64,000 bases of DNA from Octopus sinensis (taxonomy: Eukaryota). Positions 13,695-24,900 of the stretch are shown here, in pieces. The position numbers and the translations under genes are program-made. Under the pieces are notes generated by a model. The model worked only from the letters and a program-made list of their open reading frames with translations. It was not told the DNA's origin and did no database searches. The stretch covers positions 34,844,001-34,908,000 of the forward strand of contig NC_042999.1 in NCBI RefSeq assembly GCF_006345805.1. The letters run 5' to 3'. How positions within the stretch are numbered: position 1 is the stretch's first letter; the number at the start of each line of letters is the position of its first letter.

Positions 13695-13920
13695 AGAGCT
13701 GGCAGAAACGTTAGCGTGCCGGGCGAAATGCTTAGCGGTATTTCGTCTGGCGCAACGTTGTGAGTTCAAATTCCGCTGAGGTCGACTTTGCCTTTCATCC
13801 TTTCGGGGTCGATAAATTAAGTACCAGCTACGCACTGGGGTCAATGTAATCAACTTAATACCTATGTCTGTCCTTGTTTGTCCCCTCTATGTTTAGTCCC
13901 TTGTGGGTAGTAAAGAAATA
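13695..13920 (+). mobile_element. SINE family A
   Basis: Same head, core and tail as 5538. Confidence 0.85.
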
Positions 13921-13999
13921 TGTCTCAGTAAAAAATCCCTGACTCATTCTGTTAAGAAATTATATTTGGAAATAAGATCAATATTGGTTTCAAATTTTG

Positions 14000-14192
14000 T
14001 TGCCGCGCCCATATTTTTTTAAGTGGTGGGGAGTCGATTACCTCGACCCCAGTACTTGACTGTTACTTACTTTATCGGCCCCGAAACAGCCCAAGGAAAA
14101 AATCAACCTCGATGTAATTTGAAGTCAGAACGAAAACATGGACGAAATGCCGCTAAGTCCAGTAAGCAAACGTTTCTTCCAGCTCGCCGCCT
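14000..14192 (-). mobile_element. SINE family A-related, decayed
   Basis: Reverse complement of the head (CCAGCTCGCCGCCTT) and core. Confidence 0.6.
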
Positions 14193-15601
14193 TATAGTAG
14201 ATTAATAATAAAATACACATTGTATATCGTAAACATACAATGTTTACATGTATAATATATAATATATGTAATAAAAGAATATATAATAAAACATAAAACA
14301 ATACGAACTGGAATTTGCATCTCTGTCTAACATCTCAAAATTTAAATTAGTATAAACATATCATTCGTTAACCACCTTGAGTTATAGTAAAGATTGGTGG
14401 ATTGTTTTGTTCAGCGAAACCTATTGTATCCTAAAGTTTAATGTCTTTACTGCTACTTCTAAACTTGCACACTCCTACACTATGCCAATAATCTCATCCT
14501 CATGGTCGCCCGAATATCAATATAAATACTTCTTGCAAATGTTCTTGTCCCACGAAAAAACACTTTGAAAATACCCACTGATGAGGATATGACAACCAAG
14601 CAGCTTTGAACCTTTAGCAAAACACAATTTCTATCAGAGAAACAGACTTACTCCGCAACCAACCTTCCCTATCTGAACTTCTCTATCTGATATTTCAAGT
14701 GTATTGTGCAAGGAAGTATATCAGTTCGGTATATACGGTGCTGAACTTCTCTATCTGTGACAACCTCCCACGGTGACATCCTACTATACAGTGTGTATAG
14801 TAGCTAAAACGATATCCAAAATGTCAACGCTCCTATTTAGAGCCAATATATATTTCTGCTTACATGACTTACTGACTTTCTACGAGTTAAACTACATCAT
14901 TTTGGAATACTTATTTGGAGCGGCATTGCTACTGCATATATAATCATTAAGAAAAGCAACCATACGGTGCTTCCAAACGATGACCACTATTCCACAGAAA
15001 CTACATTACTTCTTTTTCCCTTTCAGTTTACTCTGCCCTGATCTTACTCAAGCTACTTGATACAACGAAATTGATAACTTTGCATTTTCTCACCAGCCAC
15101 ACTCATCGCTAAATACTTTCACCTTTCTTTCTGCCCAGAAGTGAAGTGCATATGTCAGCCAATAGAGGTTTACGCTGAACATCAATGACAACAATAACCT
15201 TCTAGGTTTTAGTGTTTGATGTGGTTGTTGCCATTGTCGTTATCAGTCTCTTTGTATTTTATCTGAGCATCAACAAGAACAACCACATCAACAAGAAATA
15301 CAGCCGCCATCAATCTTTTCGTATTTTATCTCAGTAACAACAGCAACAACAACATCGGCAACAACAACAACAACAACAAACACATAGCATGGAAGATATA
15401 CGCAGTCCATTAAATGTCAGCAGTCTTCTTCCAGCTACATATAAACATACAATGTGACCAAAAAATTTTATGCAAAACTTTGAAGGAGATAAAATCTATA
15501 ACATTCGAACTAAATAGTAAAACCTGAAGGTTGTGATGTGGTGATATAATTTCGTGTATCTTCCTGCAGTTAATATATTTCTTAAGCATTATATATATAT
15601 A

Positions 15602-15639
<38 letters not shown>

Positions 15640-15799
15640 TATATATATGTATGTATAAATTTAGTGTACATTTAAGTACAAAGAGGTAAGCCTTAAAAGG
15701 TTGCCTAACATACTGGAAAGAACAGTTAAAAAGTCCAAGCCACAGTTAAGCGCAATTTCGAAGGGAATGAAACGTAAAAACATTTACCATGTTTTACAG

Positions 15800-15867
15800 C
15801 CGGACATCAGATTTCGAACTTTAATTAGCAAATACAATAATTTGCAAGGCGAAGTTCTCATCAGCGG
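15800..15867 (-). ncRNA. minimal type I hammerhead ribozyme motif (Penelope pLTR-type)
   Basis: Minus strand: CCG-CTGATGA-GAACTT...AAGTTC-GAAA-TCTGAT-GTC-CGG. Intact core and a GUC site. The module lies between (TA)n tracts. Confidence 0.75.
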
Positions 15868-15925
15868 ATACGCCAAAACATTAACATATAAATTAGAAAC
15901 CAAATAACACGTGTCTCATCCTTAC

Positions 15926-15959
<34 letters not shown>

Positions 15960-16994
15960 ATATATATATCTATATATAAACGGCAGTTTGTCTGTGCGTG
16001 CTTCTGTGTGTCTGTTTTCTCGTACCCTCACCCTGACCACGGCTTTCAACCGATTCTGATGAAACTTGACACACACATAGCCCAATGTCATAATTCAAAA
16101 CTAACGAAGCGAAAATTTTGAAAAGTTCCCCCAGTTCTGAAAAAAATTGATAAATTCGACATGGGGTCGAGAATCATAAACATGAACCACAGACTGTCTA
16201 GGGGACGCAACTCGAGAATCTAAGCTTTTTTTATGCAACGCATTATCTATGGTAGTTTTCACAACTTGCAATCGATTTTCACCAAACTCATGGTGAAGCT
16301 TAATGTTACCCTAAGAAACTCAATTCTGACGTTAGTTTTCCATGCAATACCTTACCATCAGAAACAATCGATAAAATCATGCCATTTTGGGAAATCGCGT
16401 TCAAATTCAAGATGACATATTTTCGACAATATCTTTCACAAATTGGCAGGAATCTTTTTTTTTTCACAACGAGCATCATGTCTGCTCCAAGGAGCTATAT
16501 AGCCCTTTTTATTCCAATAGGATACATTATTGGAAAAAATCGGTTAATTTAATCATATGTGGCACACATAGCAAACAATTTGTGTATTAAACACAAACCA
16601 GACTGTCTAGGGGACGCAACTTGACCTTTTTAGCTATCGATAATTCGATCCAACCAATTCCTACCAGGAAGAAATTACATTCGAGACTTTACCCCCAACA
16701 CCGCCACTTCTGCTAATAGCTGCTGCAGCCGCAAGTTATTCGAATACTTTTTGGGTTTAAACTTTCTTTATAACTACCACCCCAAACGTTTTACCTTCAA
16801 TTTTTGACGTACCCTAACGGTCCTCGGACGCTACTTGCAAACTCTTGGTTTATTATAAACCACTTTTGTCGTGTGCATCAAAAAACTTTTCCTTTCGTTT
16901 GTTCAGTTTGATCACTTTTGACTTTTTCGTTGTTGTCACTCACATTGCTGCCAGCTTTTTGGCCGTTTTTGTACATTTTTATACATTTTCGGAT

Positions 16995-17115
16995 ACTTAC
17001 CCCACGAGCACCTTTTTATTACACCTTTACCAAACACATTGCTATCCACCAAAATACTTACCCCACGTGTTCCTTTTTATTACACCTTTGCCAAACACAT
17101 TGCTATCCACCAAAA
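16995..17115 (+). repeat. ~60-bp tandem duplication just upstream of the RepHel ATG (also in copy 2, ~22987-23107)
   Basis: TACTTACCCCACG...ATTGCTATCCACCAAAA occurs twice. Confidence 0.85.
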
Positions 17116-20100
17116 TGCCACCCAAGAAGAGAAGGACCCTCCTCAGCCCTCGGACGGCCAAGGCATCGGCTGCTAGGGCTAGAAGGGCACGCGAGACCCA
17201 CGAGGAAACCGCCTTGCGCCTCTCGCAAACAGCTTCCCGTTATGCCGCTGCTCAGGCATCTGAAACTACTAGCGACTGTTCTACCGTTCTAACGCCACTA
17301 GCACTGCCAGGACACGATCTGTCGAAACCTCACAGCAGAGGAGAACTCGCCAAGATGCTGACGCCGCAAACAAAGCCATGGCGAAAGCTGCCGAAACACC
17401 TCAACAGAGGAGAGCTCGCCAAGCTGCTAACGCCGCAAACACAGCCAGGGCTCGATCTGCCGAAACTCCACACCAACGGACTATTCGGACATCCAGACAT
17501 GCCATTAACACTGCTTCTGCTAGGGCTTCAGAGGGTGCTGAGGCGAGAGCTGAAAGGCTTTCAAGGGATGCCACTGCTACCGCTGTCGCACGTGCATCTG
17601 AATCTGCTGAGGCACGGTGCACTCGACTTGAGAGTATCAACAAACGTCGGGATATCATTCGTGGTGTACGTACCCCTGCCCCCGCTTTCTGGTTGTCACT
17701 AGCATTCAACTACGACGCCACAATTAACTTCTCCTTGCGTGACGACATCAAGATAGGGTCAATGACAATTGTATGCCAGTTTTGCAAAGCCAAGAAATGG
17801 CCCGGAGAGCCACCTGGTTTGTGCTGCTCTGGTGGCAAAGTGGACCTGCCACCCCTACGGGAACCACCTCAACCACTGAAGGATCTCGCGGCGGGTTTAC
17901 CCCCGATTCGTCACAATTCCTTGAAATAATTCGAAAGTACAACTGCTCATTCCAAATGACCTCTTTCGGGACCAAAATTCCTCCCAGAGAAGGCTGGATG
18001 CCTACTTTCAAAGTGCAGGGACAGGTCTACCATCTTATTGGGTCACTTCTGCCAGACGAGATTCAGCAGTCTTCTTTCCTCCAAATATACTTCATTGCCG
18101 ACTACAACCACCAGGTTGATGCACGCCTTGGAATAATACCGGGTACAAGCTATGTTCCCCGCAAAGACATTCTTCTCCGTCTCCAAACCATGCTTCATGA
18201 TATCAACAGCTACGTCTGCAGCTTCAGATATGCCTTGGACAGTGCTCCTTCTCCAAACTTCACCGTTGTCATTGATGCTGATAAACGACCCCACGGGGAG
18301 CACGAACGCCGTTTCAACGCACCTGCGTGCAACGAAATTGCCGCAGTTATACACGGAGAGCAACACAACAGCCGTGACATAATCATCTCCTCCCGTGGTA
18401 ACAACCTACACAGGATCAGCGAGACTCACAGATCTTATGACGCGCTTCAGTATCCATTGCTTTTCCCTTATGGGGAAGACGGCTACCACTTCGGAATTCC
18501 TTTACGGCAGCCCTCCAATCAAACTACTGCGGCATCAAAGACGGTTTCCTGCAGGGCGTTCTACTCATACCGGTTCATGGTCAGGGAGGGTGAGTTCAAC
18601 TTATTGCCCCGTTGTCGTCAGCTATTCAACCAGTTCGCCGTCGACATGGCCGCAAAAATGGAATCGGAAAGGCTGCTATACATTAAACTTAATCAGACCA
18701 AACTTCGCTCCGACTCCTACATTCATCTCTGTGACGGTTTGCAACAAGAAAATGACCCTCGCAACATCGGCAAGCCATGCATTCTACCCTCCACCTTCAC
18801 GGGAGGACCGCGATATATGCGTGAAAGGACCCAAGACGCCTTGACCTACGTGCGCATTTACGGCCGGCCGGACCTCTTTATCACCTACACGTGCAATCCC
18901 AGCTGCGACGAAATCACTCGCGAAATCCTCCCGGGTCAATCTCACACCCATCGACACGACATCGTTGCTAGGGTTTTCCGTCTGAATTTGGGCAAAATGA
19001 AGGATTTGATAGTTAAGGGTCAGATTTTCGGGCATGTCAGGTGCCACATGTTTTCGGTCGAGTGGCAAAAGAGGGGCTTGCCACATGCTCACATCTTAAT
19101 TTTGGCTCACTCATAAAATCGAGACTAATGACATTGACAAATTCATTTCCGCCGAGATTCCTGACCCCGATGAGGACCCCGGACTCTACGAAATTGTCCG
19201 CACTACCATGGTACACGGGCCCTGTGGACCAAATTACGCCAACACACCATGCTACAAAAACGGATTAGCCTGCTCAAAGCGATTCCCTAAACGGTTCACT
19301 TTGGAGACTCAAACAGGCGGCGATGGGTATCCGCTGTACAAACGAAGGAGTCCAGCCAATGGAGGCCGCACGATTACGGTTGGGCGACATCAAGTGGACA
19401 ACAGCTACATTGTCCCCTACTGTCCTCTCCTGTCGAAGATATTCAAAGCCCACGTCAACGTTGAGTTCTGCAGCTCCATCAGGTCAATACAATATGTCTG
19501 CAAATATATCAACAAAGGCAGCGATGCTGCCATGTTCAGCATCCAGAGGACCACCAGTCGCGACGAAGTGTCCAACTACTTGGCTGGCCGGTACCTCAGC
19601 AGCAACGAAGCGTTTTGGCGCATTTACGGCTTCCCGCTCCATCAGAGACACCCGGCTGTGGTGCAGCTTGCTGTACACTTGGAAAATGGACGGCGGATTT
19701 ACTTCACAGAGCAAAGTGCTGTGCAGATAGCCACCAGCCCTAAAGACACAACGTTGACTGGTTTCTTCAAATTATGCCAACGTGATGACTTCGCTCGAAC
19801 GCTTTTGTACCCACAGGTCCCATCGTACTTCGTGTGGTCTAAAAACACCTGGATTCGACGGAAATCCGGCAAAAACGTCGAAAGCTTCCCAGGCGTCAAG
19901 TTTGACTCCTGCCTGGGTCGAGTTTACAACATCCCGCCAAACCAGCAAGAATGCTTCTACCTCCGTCTCCTTCTACATGAGGTCACTGGTCCAACAGGTT
20001 TCGCCAATATACGTACCGTCAATGGGGTTCTGTGCGACACCTTCAGGGAAGCATGTATGAGACTTGGCCTTCTAGAGGATGACTCCCAGTGGGACGCCAC

Positions 20101-21836
20101 GATGGCAGAGGGTGCTTTACTGCAAACGCATTCGGCCCTACGACATCTTTTCGCAATCCTTCTTCAAAAATGTCAGCTTAGTCATCCACTAAGTCTCTGG
20201 ATGAAATACAGGGATGACATGTCGCACGACTTCTTACGTACGGCTCAGCAACACTGCCCTTCCGCCGAGATCACGTTCACCAACTTCACTTACAATGTTG
20301 CGCTCATTCAACTCGAAGACGCTGTCATCGATATGGGTGGGTCTGCTTTAACAGAGTACGGCCTTCCACCACCCACACGTGAACACGCCAATGTCTGCTG
20401 AATTGTTACGCGAAACTTCCTACTGCATTGAGGAACTGCACCAGTACGTCCAAGATAATGAACCACGGCTGCTTCCAGACCAGCGCATAGCCTACAACAC
20501 CATCGTAGACTCTGTCAGACAGCAACGTGGGGGGATTTTCTTCCTTGATGCACCCGGCGGCACTGGCAAAACCTTCGTCACTAAACTAATTCTGGCAGAG
20601 GTCAGACGCAACACGGACATTGCCCTGGCTGTAGCTTCCTCTGGTATCGCGGCCACGTTGCTTCCGGGTGGCAGAACCGCCCACTCTGCCTTCAGACTCC
20701 CGCTCGATCTGGCAAAGTCCGAGTCACGTATCTGCAACATCGCCAAGAACTCAGAACAGGCCGACATTCTTCGCAGATGCAAACTCATCGTATGGGACGA
20801 GTGCACTATGGCACACAAAGGCGCCCTTGAGGCACTGGACAGGTCCCTGCAAGACATCAGAGACTCTACGGCCCCCATGGGAGGATTAACTTTACTTCTT
20901 TCAGGAGACTTCAGGCAGACTCTACCTGTTATTCCAAAAGGAACCCGTGCCGATGCCGTGCGCGCGTGCCTTAAGTCGTCAGCTCTTTGGGCACATGTGC
21001 GGCCCTTGCACCTCCAAACTAACATGCGCGCGCAGTTAATTGGTGACAGCGGATCCGCTGCATTCTCCAGGGACCTCTTATCGCTCGGTGAAAATAGGAT
21101 GCTGTCTGATGCGGATGGCTACGTTCAATTGGACTCACTTTGCACCATTGTCGACACTCCTGCTAGCCTCCGGGACGCTGTCTTCCACGACCTACAAAAC
21201 AATTTACGCGACCTAAAATGGCTGGCAGGCAGAGCTATTCTCGCACCCAAAAATACAACCGTCAACTCCATCAATATCCAGCTACTTGAAGCTATTCCTG
21301 GTGATGTCCACGTCTACAAATCTATAGATAGGACAGCAGACCCCGCCCAGCTTGCCGATTATCCTGTTGAATTCCTGAATTCACTTGAACCGCCAGGCCT
21401 GCCACCACACATCCTGAAGTTAAAAGTCGGTGCGCCCATTATGCTCATCAGGAATTTGGTTCCACCTAAACAGTGCAACGGCACACGTTTGGTTGTGAAA
21501 CATTTGGCACCACATTTAATAACGGCCACAATACTTACCGGTTGTGGGAAGGGAGAGGACGTCTTCATTCCACGGATGCACCTTCAACCGTCGGGCGCTG
21601 ACCTACCAATCCACTTCAGGCGTTCTCAGTTTCCTGTTAAACTCTGCTTCGCAATGTCCATCAATAAATCCCAAGGCCAAACGCTACAAGTCGCTGGGTT
21701 ACATTTGGGCGAACAGTGCTTCGCCCACGGTCAACTCTACGTGGGCTGTTCACGCGTTGGGAGGCGCAATGATGTTTTCATGTTTTCGCCCAAACGGACA
21801 GCTAGGAACATCGTATATACAGAAGTATTCCAGTGA
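17115..21836 (+). pseudogene. Helitron RepHel transposase (HUH/Y2 Rep + Pif1 helicase), disrupted, copy 1
   Basis: Zn-binding CQFC...CCSGG; Rep motifs FITYTCNP, VEWQKRGLPHAHIL, YVCKYINK; Pif1 motifs DAPGGTGKT, IVWDE, SGDFRQ, SINKSQGQT, HGQLYVGCSRV. Four frameshifts at ~17286, ~17899, ~19100 and ~20394. Confidence 0.95.
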
Positions 21837-21958
21837 AGACAAGACATTGCAACCTCCACATGCACCTTCGTTCCCTGGAGGGAAAGGACTACATTGGGAT
21901 TAGTCGTTGCCTACTAGGGGCTCTTACATACCCGGGCAACGCCGGGCTATGCTGCTAG

Positions 21959-24900
21959 TCTATATATAAACGGCAGTTTGTCTGTGCGTGCTTCTGTGTG
22001 TCTGTTTTCTCGTACCCTCACCCTGACCACGGCTTTCAACCGATTCTGATGAAACTTGACACACACATAGCCCAATGTCATAATTCAAAACTAACGAAGC
22101 GAAAATTTTGAAAAGTTCCCCCAGTTCTGAAAAAAATTGATAAATTCGACATGGGGTCGAGAATCATAAACATGAACCACAGACTGTCTAGGGGACGCAA
22201 CTCGAGAATCTAACCTTTTTTTATGCAACGCATCATCTATGGTAGTTTTCACAACTTGCAATCGATTTTCACCAAACTCATGGTGAAGCTTAATGTTACC
22301 CTAAGAAACTCAATTCTGACGTTAGTTTTCCATGCAATACCTTACCATCAGAAACAATCGATAAAATCATGCCATTTTGGGAAATCGCGTTCAAATTCAA
22401 GATGACATATTTTCGACAATATCTTTCACAAATTGGCAGGAATCTTTTTTTTTTTCACAACGCGCATCATGTCTGCTCCAAGGAGCTATATAGCCCTTTT
22501 TATTCCAATAGGATACATTATTGGAAAAGATCGGTTCATTTAATCATATGTGGCACACATAGCAAACAAATTTGTGTATTAAACACAAACCAGACTGTCT
22601 AGGGGACGCAACTTGACCTTTTTAGCTATCGATAATTCGATCCAACCAATTCCTACCAGGAAGAAATTACATTCGAGACTTTACCCCCAACACCGCCACT
22701 TCTGCTAATAGCTGCTGCAGCCGCAAGTTATTCGAATACTTTTTGGGTTTAAACTTTCTTTATAACTACCTCCCCAAACGTTTTACCTTCAATTTTTGAC
22801 GTACCCTAACGGTCCTCGGACGCTACTTGCAAACTCTTGGTTTATTATAAACCACTTTTGTCGTGTGCATCAAAAAACTTTTCCTTTCGTTTGTTGAGTT
22901 TGATCACTTTTGACTTTTTCGTTGTTGTCACTCACATTGCTGCCAGCTTTTTGGCCGTTTTTGTACATTTTTATACATTTTCGGATACTTACCCCACGAG
23001 CTCCTTTTTATTACACCTTTACCAAACACATTGCTATCCACCAAAATACTTACCCCACGTGTTCCTTTTTATTACACCTTTGCCAAACACATTGCTATCC
23101 ACCAAAATGCCACCCAAGAAGAGAAGGACCCTCCTCAGCCCTCGGACGGCCAAGGCATCGGCTGCTAGGGCTAGAAGGGCACGCGAGACCCACGAGGAAA
23201 CCGCCTTGCGCCTCTCGCAAACAGCTTCCCGTTATGCCGCTGCTCAGGCATCTGAAACTACTAGCGACCGTTCTACCCGACTTGCAAGGGTCGCAGCGTA
23301 CAGATCTTCCCTCCGCTCGAGGTTGACGAAAGAGCAACAGTCCAGCCAAAACATGCGGGCTTCTTACTGTGCTTCCATCCGCAGAGCTCGCGAGAACCCC
23401 GAACAAAGGGCCATTCGGAATGCGGCTAACGCCACTAGCACTGCCAGGACACGATCTGTCGAAACCTCACAGCAGAGGAGAACTCGCCAAGATGCTGACG
23501 CCGCAAACAAAGCCATGGCCAAAACTGCCGAAACACCTCAACAGAGGAGAGCTCGCCAAGCTGCTAACGCCGCAAACACAGCCAGGGCTCGATCTGCCGA
23601 AACTCCACACCAACGGACTATTCGGACATCCAGACATGCCATTAACACTGCTTCTGCTAGGGCTTCAGAGGGTGCTGAGGCGAGAGCTGAAAGGCTTTCA
23701 AGGGATGCCACTGCTACCGCTGTCGCACGTGCATCTGAATCTGCTGAGGCACGGTGCACTCGACTTGAGAGTATCAACAAACGTCGGGATATCATTCGTG
23801 GTGTACGTACCCCTGCCCCCGCTTTCTGGTTGTCACTAGCATTCAACTACGACGCCACAATTAACTTCTCCTTGCGTGACGACATCAAGATAGGGTCAAT
23901 GACAATTGTATGCCAGTTTTGCAAAGCCAAGAAATGGCCCGGAGAGCCACCTGGTTTGTGCTGCTCTGGTGGCAAAGTGGACCTGCCATCCCTACGGGAA
24001 CCACCTCAACCACTGAAGGATCTCGCGGCGGGTTTAACCCCCGATTCGTCACAATTCCTTGAAATAATTCGAAAGTACAACTGCTCATTCCAAATGACCT
24101 CTCTCGGGGCCAAAATTCCTCCCAGAGAAGGCTGGATGCCTACTTTCAAAGTGCAGGGACAGGTCTACCATCTTATTGGGTCACTTCTGCCAGACGAGAT
24201 TCAGCAGTCTTCTTTCCTCCAAATATACTTCATTGCCGACTACAACCACCAGGTTGATGCACGCCTTGGAATAATACCGGGTACAAGCTATGTTCCCCGC
24301 AAAGACATTCTTCTCCGTCTCCAAACCATGCTTCATGATATCAACAGCTACGTCTGCAGCTTCAGATATGCCTTGGACAGTGCTCCTTCTCCAAACTTCA
24401 CCGTTGTCATTGATGCTGATAAACGACCCCACGGGGAGCACGAACGCCGTTTCAACGCACCTGCGTGCAACGAAATTGCCGCAGTTATACACGGAGAGCA
24501 ACACAACAGCCGTGACATAATCATCTCCTCCCGTGGTAACAACCTACACAGGATCAGCGAGACTCACAGATCTTATGACGCGCTTCAGTATCCATTGCTT
24601 TTCCCTTATGGGGAAGACGGCTACCACTTCGGAATTCCTTTACGGCAGCCCTCCAATCAAACTACTGCGGTATCAAAGACGGTTTCCTGCAGGGCGTTCT
24701 ACTCATACCGGTTCATGGTCAGGGAGGGTGAGTTCAACTTATTGCCCCGTTGTCATCAGCTATTCAACCAGTTCGCCGTCGACATGGCCGCAAAAATGGA
24801 ATCGGAAAGGCTGCTATACATTAAACTTAATCAGACCAAACTTCGCTCCGACTCCTACTTTCATCTCCGTGACGGTTTGCAACAAGAAAATGACCCTCGC

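Larger units (their letters stand above)
15969..21958 (+). mobile_element. Helitron, full-length copy 1 (5990 bp)
   Basis: Starts TC after A in (TA)n, ends CCCGGGCAACGCCGGG hairpin (21931-21946) then CTAG (21955-21958). Encodes RepHel. Confidence 0.97.

Noticed and set aside
14574-14610. CTGATGAGG possible hammerhead
   Set aside because: No GAAA or closing stems.
16845-17114. Hydrophobic N-terminal extension of the Helitron ORF (also 22837-23106)
   Set aside because: It starts at a non-ATG codon and runs through a T-rich tandem duplication. MPPKKRR is the plausible start.
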